Source: a bacterium (lineage in GTDB: Bacteria > Zhuqueibacterota > Zhuqueibacteria > Residuimicrobiales > Krinioviventaceae). Taken from it: a stretch of 64,000 bases of DNA. The DNA lies in assembly GCA_963674595.2 (NCBI GenBank), contig CAXXFV010000018.1, positions 1 to 64,000 of the forward strand, read 5' to 3'. Below, piece by piece: positions 31,301 to 39,805 of this stretch. Numbering within the stretch: position 1 is the first letter of the stretch; every line of letters begins with the position of its first letter. The notes beneath the pieces are model-generated. The model had not been told where the DNA came from. It saw only the letters and a list, made by a program, of their open reading frames with translations, and searched no databases. The position numbers and the translations under genes are program-made.

Positions 31301-31603
31301 CCTGTTCTTCTTGAATCATCAAAAATCACTAATTATGATTTTACTACGGCGCAATCAAAATATCGGTCCTTAAAAAGCGCCGCCCCAATTGACACTTCAA
31401 GGTGGGGCATGTATGGCGGAGATATTAATCAGGATGGAGAAATAACCACTACGGACTATACGATATGGTATAACCAGGCCAGGAATGGATGTTCGGGATA
31501 TGCAGATTGTGATTTAAATTTTGACGGTGAGGTAACAACAACAGATTACACAATTTGGTATAACAATGCACGGATTGGAGTGACTAAAAGATGGGATGAA
31601 TAG
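28322..31603 (+). CDS. Secreted multidomain protein: SGNH hydrolase + FG-GAP/CRTAC repeats + ASPIC + dockerin-like tail
   Basis: VVGNSI, HLGTND, DELHPN; repeated DxDxDGDxD; HFGLG; duplicated GDxNxDGExTTTDYTIWYN. Confidence 0.85.
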   Translation: MARHVYNRLLLFLVLVLSSSLLSFSPQTIHHEKNKDTGSEAFITPPPRADKLIAYQKVKNFSLNDKKRQKNKENFKSISFNGRSPLLGKLALKFTNFNKTSDSVEVVIEFQHKTKSFKLFEKININSQGLGEISFPGQPASEITVSLKEQKDQNYTLNSMTPYEITFSDSYRIMVVGNSIAYGRWADDQIGFRKVLYDKLVESGFDIDFVGSYGDPPYEGYFVGAMKIDDFYPASLGGQARADITAAMNDYRPNMVVIHLGTNDINTETSTPVAPYSSGSGFAETQTGQMATLVDYILKWNNGEFGTDLEKIIVSQLIPLDVARDSSVAKFNIENNRMVRDFNNGTITGQNEPVYLGDPYTRFRENPDIWTHTGLDPMEDELHPNTLGHTIMGNVYYETSSQLLGKPPKWFNDKTWESGLYGLDYHFGFQGVTIADITQNETDDIYITRSAAASPESRDVFYNASSSLPLVETAENISIEDNGESMSAVFVDIDGDGDLDLFNANKNSRNRLYKNNGAGTFTEITVQAGIGNISSLTTAVLAFDCENDGDMDLFALNSRAKNEFYLNNGTGQFTKTDCGLDDVLEPDIPNSSAIAADFDQDGDVDVYVLKRYAPNKLFINNGSGLFTDQAASAGIALNHKSNAGNWADLDTDGDLDLLVSVSSTDSDPNPHVYAYKNNGNGTFQNLSNDLNIPMDGYSVLTGDIDNDGKIDIITTQEKDTGAVYLNQGNWQFSKAQDTGAEVFAGDTRGAVFWDYENDGDLDIVMARKDIFNIFKQNNLSSLNNYLKVNCNGPGGIKGGYGTKIWLYEKGKANDINYLIGFNEINTAAGYLSHNSATQHFGLGSHSSCDLVAAFTDGTKILRPSVTSNQTVLITPEVNCVHVKTRIYLQGCYAGNGIMLKNNVPPLQTPYTVDPAYEERIVTSIPENIIDWVLVSLHNTDNDSVLTVNSAFLRNDGFIVGDDGTTESVTLNAAPGSYYISVSHRNHISIMSSIPVLLESSKITNYDFTTAQSKYRSLKSAAPIDTSRWGMYGGDINQDGEITTTDYTIWYNQARNGCSGYADCDLNFDGEVTTTDYTIWYNNARIGVTKRWDE

Positions 31604-31682
31604 ATTAATGACCAACGAAAATAAATATCAACTTAAAGTTAAACTGGAAAATTGCCCATGTTTGAAAACAAAAACCAGTTAC

Positions 31683-32477
31683 TCAGGCCTGTTCCCATGT
31701 TTTAATAAACAGCTCAAAAGCTTTGTGTGGCTGCATTCGAAAACACTCTGAAACGAAAGGCCCCTTGAATTTTACTTTTTTTAATGCCTTAAAAACATCA
31801 TCCCAAACAATTGTGCCATTACCAATTTCAAAATGCTGGTCACTTTCTCCATAATTATCGTGAAAATGGACACACTTTATTTTATCAGAAAAATATTCAA
31901 TATACCTGACAGCGCCTTCGTTCAGGTTTGCATGACCAATATCCAGACAAAATCCGAGCCAGGGTGAATCTAGCTGGTTATAAACGATTTCGAAATCATT
32001 GATATTATCTCCCAACATCTCAATATCGGAACCACTATGCATCTTTGCAGAATTTTCCAGAGCCAGAGTAACTTGATAATCATTACAAATATCCAGAACT
32101 ATTTTTAAATTTTTAATTACGTTTTTCAACGTTTCCCGACGAAAATAATTCATTACCGTATGGCCGACAAAGCTGCCCAAATGCAGGGTAATGTGAGTAA
32201 TCCCCAGTTTTGCACCAATTTTAATACTCTTAATGATGTGGTTTATGTGCTTTCGCTTTAAAAAAAATTCTGAATATCCAAGATTTAATGAAGAACCGGC
32301 ATGAAAACTTGAACTAAATCCATGAGTTTGAAACAGGTACTGCAAATTTAAAATTCTGTTTTTGGTAAAAGTTTGCAGATGTGAATGGCGAGGTGTTAAA
32401 TTGATTTCAAAATGCTGAATGTTATGGATTAAAGCATAATCAATACAATGTTCAACAGGTTCATCGTATACATTCAT
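31683..32477 (-). CDS. Sugar phosphate isomerase/epimerase (xylose isomerase-like TIM barrel)
   Basis: LALEN, CLDIGHA, VHFHDN, DQH..GNGTI.W, SE. Confidence 0.85.
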   Translation of the reverse strand: MNVYDEPVEHCIDYALIHNIQHFEINLTPRHSHLQTFTKNRILNLQYLFQTHGFSSSFHAGSSLNLGYSEFFLKRKHINHIIKSIKIGAKLGITHITLHLGSFVGHTVMNYFRRETLKNVIKNLKIVLDICNDYQVTLALENSAKMHSGSDIEMLGDNINDFEIVYNQLDSPWLGFCLDIGHANLNEGAVRYIEYFSDKIKCVHFHDNYGESDQHFEIGNGTIVWDDVFKALKKVKFKGPFVSECFRMQPHKAFELFIKTWEQA

Positions 32478-32715
32478 AGCAAAACGATATGATGTTATTT
32501 CAGACAGAATTTCACTCTATTTTTAGTAAATAACAAACATCATTTTAAAATATAATATGAATAAAAAAGAAAAAAAGCAATTGAATAAACAGGAATATCT
32601 TTTAGTTTTTTTTTAACATAGTGCTTGATTGAATAAAATTCATTTTGTATATTTCGCATTATTTAGGGGACAGCTAATTCCGACCACTTGATTACAAAAC
32701 GCAAGGAGAGACACT

Positions 32716-33420
32716 GTGGAAAAGACTGCACACGTGAAGGTGAATTTTTTCAAACCAATCACAGAGCACGCCAAATCAAACATGAAGCTCATTATCACTC
32801 TCGCTATCATCTGGGCTGTTGCTGTTTTTGGATTTCAGATTCTGCTCATCGCTTTAAACAAACCGGTTCCTGAGGAAAATTTTTCAAAATTTGAAAAAAT
32901 TTGGCCTGAAATTGCTGATGGGACAAATGAGGACACGCTGGTAAAGCAGGAAATGAGCAACATTGTATTATCGGTTCTCGGAAAAAACATTGCACTGAAA
33001 CAACCTCACAAGGATGTTTTAAAACTCACTATCTCCAAATTAATCATTGATCTTTTGCCTGAAGAACAAAAGAGTTTGTTCGCTCAAGATCCCCTTGGTT
33101 TCCTGGCCGGAAATGATTTACATGAAATTTTAGGACTGGAAAAAGACGGACTTGATAAACTGAGGTATGATCTGTTACCCGAATCTTTGGTGAGTGTGGA
33201 AAACGCTGATTTTACACCAGAGATAAAAGAACAAATCCCTTCAATTATGCAACTTTATCTTGTACATAATCGTAGTTTTTTAACTGATTTTTCCTTTATA
33301 GGATTTCCTTTTCATTATTGGTACACGGCGCAATTCTTATTGATCATGTTTGTCGTGTTATGCATCATTTACGCGGTTGCAATTGACAAACTACACAAAA
33401 AACATAACATTGATGAATAA
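32716..33420 (+). CDS. DUF4212-family membrane partner of solute symporter (extended form)
   Basis: N-terminal IWAVAVFG and C-terminal GFPFHYWYTAQ...DKL.KKH motifs; directly upstream of an SSS gene. Confidence 0.8.
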   Translation: MEKTAHVKVNFFKPITEHAKSNMKLIITLAIIWAVAVFGFQILLIALNKPVPEENFSKFEKIWPEIADGTNEDTLVKQEMSNIVLSVLGKNIALKQPHKDVLKLTISKLIIDLLPEEQKSLFAQDPLGFLAGNDLHEILGLEKDGLDKLRYDLLPESLVSVENADFTPEIKEQIPSIMQLYLVHNRSFLTDFSFIGFPFHYWYTAQFLLIMFVVLCIIYAVAIDKLHKKHNIDE

Positions 33421-33448
33421 AACCAGTCCAAAATAAAAGGAGATTCCT

Positions 33449-35128
33449 ATGTTACGAAAATCGAGTTTATTAGCCATACTATTGATCTTGTGTTTATCCT
33501 TACCAATTTTGGCAAGTTCAGCCGGTGTAACCAAGTTGGAAGGTGATTTCAAAGTTGGGCCGGCAATTTTACTTATTATCATTCTTGTTACATTTGTTTT
33601 AATTGGCGTTTTTAATCGTGCAAAAGATACATCAACCTATTGGGCGGCCGGTCGAAAAATTTCACCGGTTGGGGCCGGTATGGCCATAGCCTCGAACTGG
33701 ATGAGCGCGGCGTCATTCTTAGGTATGGCCGCCATTATGTATGCATCCGGTTATCACGGTCTGTCCTACGTTGTCGGTTGGACAGGCGGGTATGTATTAT
33801 TACTTATTCTCATGGCAGGCCAAATCAGACGTTATGGGAAATATACTGCGGCAGACTTTATTGGCGACCGCTACTATTCCAAAGGTTTGCGTGGATTTGG
33901 TGCGTCACTTGCTATTTTTATCTCTTTCTCCTATTGTGTAGGCCAGTTTGCCGGTATTGGTATTATGTTTAAATGGGTTATGGGAATTGATTATACCTGG
34001 GCTGTACTTATCGGCGCATCGGTTGTGTTGGCATATACACTTATTTCCGGTATGCTCGGGGTAACCAAAAATATGCAGGTCCAGTATGTCATTATTATTG
34101 TATCCTTTATGATTCCATTGTTCATATTGACTTATAAATTTGGCTATTTCTGGCTCGTACCACAGGTTGGTTATGGTCAGGTTGTTACGGATGCTGTAAA
34201 TGGTCTGGCCCCCGGTAAAGGATTATCAGCCCTGGGTCATGATTTTGGAATATTACCCTCACCGGAATTTGCCATGCCCTGGGACCCGGCAACGGGTCAA
34301 ACCGCTTTTCAATGGATTGCTATTTGTTTTTCACTTATGATTGGAACAGCCGGATTACCCCACGTTATTCAACGATTTTATGTTGTGCCCAAAGCCCGGG
34401 ACGCACGATGGTCTGTTGTTTGGGGACTTTTCTTTATTTGTCTTTTATACTGGAGCGCACCCGTTTATTCAGTATTTGGCAAAATATTGTCTTCCAATCC
34501 GGAAGTTGGTGCATTAGCCAAAGATGCTATTGTGGTTTATACAGCTCAACTGGGATCAGTTTTCCCACTGATTGTTGGACTCCTTGCGGCAGGCGCTATT
34601 TCAGCCGCATTTTCAACAGTTTCCGGTCTGCTGGTTGCCGGTGCTTCAGCTTTTTCCCATGATCTTTATTATAAAACAATAAATCCAAACGCAACAGAAC
34701 ACACACAAATGCTTATGGCGCGTATCGGAACAATTTTAATGGCGGCATCTGTGGCTATTGTCGCTTTGTTAAAACTGGGTTTAATCGCACAACTTGTTGC
34801 CATTGCCTTTTCATTGGCCGGTTGTACCATTTTTCCGCTATTCCTATTAGGAATCTGGTGGGGTGGTTCCAACAGAACAGGTGCCTGGGCCGGTTTGTTG
34901 GCCGGTTCTGCTGTTGCGCTTGTTGCTTTGGTTTATTTTATTGTCGGAAAATATGGCGGAAATTTACCAGCACAAGAATTTATCAACTATTATTTAAATG
35001 CCTGGTATTTTGCATGGCTGGGTGCCCCGCTGGCAATCATTGTTAATATTGTTGTGTCACTTTTGAGCCGGGCAAAAACACCAGAAGATATTCAACAATT
35101 TCTCGCTGAAAAAGTACACAATGCTTAA
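33449..35128 (+). CDS. Sodium:solute symporter, ActP/VC_2705-like cation-acetate symporter
   Basis: GMAIASNWMSAASFLG, GTAGLPHV..RFY, SAAFSTVSGLL...SHDLY. Confidence 0.9.
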   Translation: MLRKSSLLAILLILCLSLPILASSAGVTKLEGDFKVGPAILLIIILVTFVLIGVFNRAKDTSTYWAAGRKISPVGAGMAIASNWMSAASFLGMAAIMYASGYHGLSYVVGWTGGYVLLLILMAGQIRRYGKYTAADFIGDRYYSKGLRGFGASLAIFISFSYCVGQFAGIGIMFKWVMGIDYTWAVLIGASVVLAYTLISGMLGVTKNMQVQYVIIIVSFMIPLFILTYKFGYFWLVPQVGYGQVVTDAVNGLAPGKGLSALGHDFGILPSPEFAMPWDPATGQTAFQWIAICFSLMIGTAGLPHVIQRFYVVPKARDARWSVVWGLFFICLLYWSAPVYSVFGKILSSNPEVGALAKDAIVVYTAQLGSVFPLIVGLLAAGAISAAFSTVSGLLVAGASAFSHDLYYKTINPNATEHTQMLMARIGTILMAASVAIVALLKLGLIAQLVAIAFSLAGCTIFPLFLLGIWWGGSNRTGAWAGLLAGSAVALVALVYFIVGKYGGNLPAQEFINYYLNAWYFAWLGAPLAIIVNIVVSLLSRAKTPEDIQQFLAEKVHNA

Positions 35129-35135
35129 ATATATG

Positions 35136-35164
35136 TGCCCTTAATGCGTTAAGGGCATTTTTTT
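35136..35164 (+). terminator. Intrinsic terminator
   Basis: TGCCCTTAA-tgcg-TTAAGGGCA followed by T7. Confidence 0.75.
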
Positions 35165-35214
35165 CACGAGTTATGTATAATTAGTAACAAAAAAATATTT
35201 CGGAGGTGGCTACA

Positions 35215-36435
35215 ATGAAAAAATTTTTAATACTCTGTTTTTTTATGTCGTTTCTCCTGACGGGTCTAGCATTAGGGCAAGCGGCAGATCAGGACTTTGG
35301 AATAAAATTCAGCGGCTATGTAAAAACCGACTTTATGTTTGACAGCAGACAAACCGTTTCTGCGCGTGAAGGCCACTTTTTGCTCTATCCTGCCCCTGAA
35401 TCAAAAGACCAAAATGGTGATGATAAAAATGCCGTACCCAATCTTAATATACTGGCCGTGCAAACCCGCTTAAAAGGCACCATTACCGGTCCGGATGCTT
35501 TTGGCGCCAAAACCGGCGGAGCCATTGAGGCTGCGTTTTTTGGACATTCAAATAGTGATGTCAACGGTTTTCGGCTTCGTCATGCTTTTTTAACATTAAA
35601 ATGGACAAATAAAACATTATTAATGGGTCAGTTTTGGCACCCCATGTTTGTAACCGATTGTTTTCCCGGCACTGTTTCCTTTAACACAGGTATGCCTTTT
35701 CAACCCTTTTCGCGAAATCCGCAAATTAGGTTGACACAATCAGCCGGCAACCTTAATATTATGATTGCCGCCATTGCCCAAAGAGATTTTACAAGTACAG
35801 GACCTGACGGAACAAGTTCCAATTACTTGAGAAATGCAGCTATCCCGAACATGCATTTACAACTGCAAGTTAAAAATGAAAAATCTGTTGTAGGCGCCGG
35901 TGTTGATTGGAAAACATTAAAACCACGTTTGACAACATCGCTGGGATACAAGTCAACATCAAGAGTAAACAGCCTGTCTTTTATTGGATATGCACGGATC
36001 AATCTGCCCAAGATAACCTGGAAAGTTGAAGGTGTTTATGGTCAAAATTTGACAGACCATTTAATGCTCGGAGGTTATGCCGTTGAAACCGTTGATGCAA
36101 AAACAAAAGAAGAAACATATATGCCGACAAAATTATATTCACTATGGACGGATATTTCCGGCGGTAAAAAAGTGGGACTAGGCTGCTTTGCAGGTATTCA
36201 AAAAAACCTGGGAACGGACAAACAACTTTTGGATATTTGGGGCAGAGGTACGGATATTGACATGTTATATCGTATTTCTCCGCGAATTATGTGGAACTCT
36301 GGGAAAACACGGTTTGCTGTCGAATGTGAATATACAGGCGCCAGTTACGGATCTATGGATGAAAAAGGTAAGGTACAAGATGCGGAATTCGTCAACAATC
36401 TGAGAATGCTGTTCGGCGCTTATTACTTTTTTTAG
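35215..36435 (+). CDS. DcaP-like outer-membrane porin
   Basis: Signal peptide, FSGYVKTD, QTRL, FRLRHAF, GQFWH, RNPQIR, C-terminal aromatic YYFF. Confidence 0.75.
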   Translation: MKKFLILCFFMSFLLTGLALGQAADQDFGIKFSGYVKTDFMFDSRQTVSAREGHFLLYPAPESKDQNGDDKNAVPNLNILAVQTRLKGTITGPDAFGAKTGGAIEAAFFGHSNSDVNGFRLRHAFLTLKWTNKTLLMGQFWHPMFVTDCFPGTVSFNTGMPFQPFSRNPQIRLTQSAGNLNIMIAAIAQRDFTSTGPDGTSSNYLRNAAIPNMHLQLQVKNEKSVVGAGVDWKTLKPRLTTSLGYKSTSRVNSLSFIGYARINLPKITWKVEGVYGQNLTDHLMLGGYAVETVDAKTKEETYMPTKLYSLWTDISGGKKVGLGCFAGIQKNLGTDKQLLDIWGRGTDIDMLYRISPRIMWNSGKTRFAVECEYTGASYGSMDEKGKVQDAEFVNNLRMLFGAYYFF

Positions 36436-36450
36436 AAAATTTTAAATATT

Positions 36451-36501
36451 TTAATAAAAAAATCCTCATTTTTTTTTCAATTTTGAGGATTTTTTTATTA
36501 A
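36451..36501. terminator. Long inverted repeat / terminator
   Basis: TTAATAAAAAAATCCTCA ... TGAGGATTTTTTTATTAA (18-bp arms). Confidence 0.7.
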
Positions 36502-36564
36502 ACAAAATTAAAAATCATTATATTTTAGGCGAAATAGAAATTATTCATTACTTTTGAAAATTTA

Positions 36565-36642
36565 ATGGATAACAACATTTGCTGCCCAAAATATGGTAAA
36601 AAATATGCGGACATAATTGCAAAAACGAATGGTCACCCTTAA
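36565..36642 (+). pseudogene. 25-codon mini-ORF, possible internally deleted gene remnant
   Basis: MDNNICCPKYGKKYADIIAKTNGHP*; resembles the fused N- and C-termini of a family I recall beginning CCPKF and ending CPKCAKKYGKNYVV. Confidence 0.4.
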
Positions 36643-36660
36643 TTGGTGGGAGGATAATTT

Positions 36661-37203
36661 TTGGAAACATTCATTACAGAAAAAAAATTGGTTAATAATC
36701 CGGATTTTGTAAAGCAAAAAGAAAAATGCCTGTCCGGTTTAACAGATGACATGATCGATAGACCAATTCTTAATCTCGTCAATAAACTAAACAGACTATC
36801 TTTTTGTTTCACACTGCAAAGTTGTTATGGGCATTTCGTTTATAAAGGACAAAATGAGCCGGCTAACCTTGAGCCTCTGCCGTCAATATCAGATATTGAA
36901 AAAGTCGAGTACCGGATTGCCTATCTTGCTCTTTGTTTAGAAAACAGCGAGTCCGGGAAAACCTTTTTACAGGAATTAAAAGGCTTGGAGCAAATTGATC
37001 CTCAAAATATTCAATTCGGCAGTGCCGTGTGGTTTTGGCAAAGACAGATCAATTCCTATGCGATTCAGGTTGAACCTGACAAATATAAAACCAGAGACAG
37101 CGTTATAATCGACTATCAGGAAGCTTTACGTATAGAAAAAACAAGAAACGAATTTTATAAACATTTGCGGATATGCCTTAACAAGTACTTTACTGAAAAT
37201 TAG
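36661..37203 (+). CDS. Hypothetical protein with TYW3/Taw3-like N-terminal motif
   Basis: RBS GGAGG + TTG; IDRPILNLVNKLN...FTLQSCYGH resembles the TYW3 D..I..L...N.....TxSSCSGR pattern. Confidence 0.65.
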   Translation: METFITEKKLVNNPDFVKQKEKCLSGLTDDMIDRPILNLVNKLNRLSFCFTLQSCYGHFVYKGQNEPANLEPLPSISDIEKVEYRIAYLALCLENSESGKTFLQELKGLEQIDPQNIQFGSAVWFWQRQINSYAIQVEPDKYKTRDSVIIDYQEALRIEKTRNEFYKHLRICLNKYFTEN

Positions 37204-37204
37204 A

Positions 37205-37792
37205 TTACGGCATCCAGTCGATAATGCCCTTTTCCGGTTGAGTTTTTTTCCACTGCTCAAAATCAGTATAATTTCGAATGCCTTGTTGAATCACTGCCTG
37301 ATATATTTCAATACCCATCACTTTTTCCCCGGGGGGAATGTCATTTTTAATCACCAGAATCGCATGTTTATATTCCGGTATTAAAACCGCGTTTATCCGG
37401 TCCGCAACCTTTTCAAACCAGCCGGCATAGGGCGATTCTTTTAAAATATGGATCATGTCTATCTGCCATAATTTATCATCATTGTCCAGATACCATGCAT
37501 GCCATTCAACGCACAATTCTTCGGTTTCAAGCTGATTCCTGTATTCAACCCTCTTAATTCGCGGATTCTGTGCAATTTGTGCGATGGCGGCAAAACTGTC
37601 TGTGATGGAAAAATTATCCGAATAGATATGAAAATCAATATCCAAATTGTTCATCAACAATCCGGTTTTTAAAGACCCAACCAGATTGACCTGAGCGCCA
37701 AAAGATTCCCATGCTTCAATAATTTGTGTTTCCCGGATAATATCCCAGGCACGTTTTTGGTTTTGTTTTGAAATTTTTAAAAGATTATCCAT
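37205..37792 (-). CDS. Pol-beta-superfamily nucleotidyltransferase-fold protein
   Basis: VGSLKTGL...DIDFH (hGS..DxD) and a third Asp in WQIDM. Confidence 0.7.
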   Translation of the reverse strand: MDNLLKISKQNQKRAWDIIRETQIIEAWESFGAQVNLVGSLKTGLLMNNLDIDFHIYSDNFSITDSFAAIAQIAQNPRIKRVEYRNQLETEELCVEWHAWYLDNDDKLWQIDMIHILKESPYAGWFEKVADRINAVLIPEYKHAILVIKNDIPPGEKVMGIEIYQAVIQQGIRNYTDFEQWKKTQPEKGIIDWMP

Positions 37793-37922
37793 ACATACCT
37801 TTCCGTGTTAAAAATCCAAAGCATAAAATGTACAAATAAAATCCACAAAAATCTCATTTTTTTTCGACACCCGGTATTGTCATTTTAAAAAAAATATTAA
37901 TCGGCCCTGTATCCATATCTTA

Positions 37923-38570
37923 TTAGAAATGTTTTTTCTTTTTATAGATATAATAAATTTCATTATCTATATATTTAAAACCGGTATTTGTCGGTTTTAA
38001 TTTTGATGTTCCTTTGGTTGTTATATTGTTTTCAATTCGATATTTCCCATTTACACATCGAATTTGATGCAGTAATTCATAGTCCTGATGTTTCACAACC
38101 GAATCATGATCCGAGAACAGACTGGTTGTTAATATCAATCCATTCGGTTTAATATAGTGCTCACAAAATTCTATCAGCCGGCCACTAAAAAGGGACAATA
38201 ACAGGTCAAAGGAATTTTCTCGTAAATCCAGTTCCTGAGTAAAATCCTTATTTATAAATTTCCAATAAGCAATTTCCCTGTATATTTTGTATTGGTCAAT
38301 TAAAGATGAAACGTTGGCCGGATGATTAAAAAAATCAATCGATTGACGGCACTTGTCCACATAGACAATATGTTTAAAATAAAAGGACGGTGTTATGTGG
38401 ACCAAACAGCCCGGATACAGGACCGTTTCTGGATTGAACTGTTTTTTTATCAATTCAAACAATCCTTTGCGTTCAAATCCCGTGGACTGGTAAATGTAAT
38501 AGTACTGATCCTGAACAGCGGCTGGTTTCACAGATCTGTTTATATTTTGATTCAGGTCCATCTTAGTCAA
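37923..38570 (-). CDS. Hypothetical protein, probable SAM-methyltransferase-like fold
   Basis: VLYPGC..HITPS, YVD, SFDLLLS, IKPNG pattern. Confidence 0.6.
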   Translation of the reverse strand: MTKMDLNQNINRSVKPAAVQDQYYYIYQSTGFERKGLFELIKKQFNPETVLYPGCLVHITPSFYFKHIVYVDKCRQSIDFFNHPANVSSLIDQYKIYREIAYWKFINKDFTQELDLRENSFDLLLSLFSGRLIEFCEHYIKPNGLILTTSLFSDHDSVVKHQDYELLHQIRCVNGKYRIENNITTKGTSKLKPTNTGFKYIDNEIYYIYKKKKHF

Positions 38571-39291
38571 CCTTTTGCCCTACCAGGGTATTCATTCCAT
38601 TAATAATGTCGTTATAAATTATATTGAATCCGTTAATAGTCAACAGGTCTGAAATCATCTCCCCGGTGACACGCACCTTAAAATAGGAGCTTTTTTTAAA
38701 AATCCAGACACCGGATTCTTTTTCATACAGTAAATCTGTGACTCTTACTTTTCTTTCAAAATATTCTATAAAGCAGGTCAAAATTCGCTGCGGATCGCTT
38801 TTTACCGGGATAAAACGATTCGTATCGCTCAATTCCTGACTATAATCTCTAAAGGACAAGATAATTTTTCCACTTGGAATCAGAGTTTGGTAGATATGAC
38901 TCAAGGTTTGTGATATGTCGGATTCAGAATCGAGATGTGAGATGGTATCACCGCAGCAGACAATGAGTTCGGGATTTTTATCTTTATAATATAGTACATT
39001 CTGCAAATCATCGTTGATGATTTCAATAGGGAGTGTTTTTTTATACCCGGCAATTTCGGTTAACAAGTGTTCATTAAAATCAATGGCCGTTACGCTGAAT
39101 CCTATTTTCGCCAAAGCGACAGATTGGATGCCGTTTCCGGCGCCCAAATCAAGGGCCGCACCGGTATACTGCGGAAGGATTTGTTGACTCGTGCAAAATT
39201 CAATAAACTTGTTTTTGTGTGATTCAAAATCACCCAGCATCCAGGAATAAAAAAATCCAAGGTGAGAATCATAGTGTTGTTTGACTGTCAT
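38563..39291 (-). CDS. Class I SAM-dependent methyltransferase
   Basis: LDLGAGNG, VTAID, GDTISHL, LIPSG. Confidence 0.9.
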   Translation of the reverse strand: MTVKQHYDSHLGFFYSWMLGDFESHKNKFIEFCTSQQILPQYTGAALDLGAGNGIQSVALAKIGFSVTAIDFNEHLLTEIAGYKKTLPIEIINDDLQNVLYYKDKNPELIVCCGDTISHLDSESDISQTLSHIYQTLIPSGKIILSFRDYSQELSDTNRFIPVKSDPQRILTCFIEYFERKVRVTDLLYEKESGVWIFKKSSYFKVRVTGEMISDLLTINGFNIIYNDIINGMNTLVGQKVD

Positions 39292-39580
39292 AAAAGTCTC
39301 TGTGTTTTTAGAGTGACCTGTTATCTTTACTAATTTAGAAAGAGATATTTAAAGGGCAATGAAAAATTTACAAAAAACAAAGGAGAATATTATGTCATCC
39401 CTTCGGGATTTAGTCTTCTAAAATTTCAGGGGTATAACAAATTTATATCTTAAGGATTGCGGGTGAATAAAAGTCGGGATTACAATACTTTTATTCCTTA
39501 TAGATTGGTTTAGGTTGAATTTATAAGTATAAATTGTTATTTCCCGGGACGAATTTATTGCGATGGGACCTGGTAGTCAT

Positions 39581-39617
39581 AAAAAAATCCTCAGAGGTTT
39601 AACAACCTTTGAGGATT
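39581..39617 (-). terminator. Intrinsic terminator closing the terC-ending operon
   Basis: AATCCTCAGAGGTT...AACCTTTGAGGATT hairpin with a U-tract on the minus strand. Confidence 0.7.
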
Positions 39618-39805
39618 AGGGTTTAATGTGTGTCGATATAAATATATTAAATTACGAAATATCTTTTGTAAGATAAAAGATTAAACTACATTTTGCAAAA
39701 CATATCACAGATAACAATTCTTTTATACCTGCCAATAGCCCCCTATAAATATATATTGTGGTTTTGTTTTTATATTATGTTGCTTGTAAAAATCAAGTCA
39801 ACATA

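Noticed and set aside
11690-36613. Shared 11-mer ATATGCGGACA in two intergenic regions
   Set aside because: Short, with no shared flanks; the second copy lies within the mini-ORF; compatible with chance.
36500-39400. Integron cassette array for the small accessory genes
   Set aside because: Mixed orientations, overlapping genes and no attC-like RYYYAAC...GTTRRRY structures.
39392-39421. RBS-preceded micro-ORF MSSLRDLVF
   Set aside because: Nine codons coinciding with the palindromic repeat; more simply a by-product of that element.
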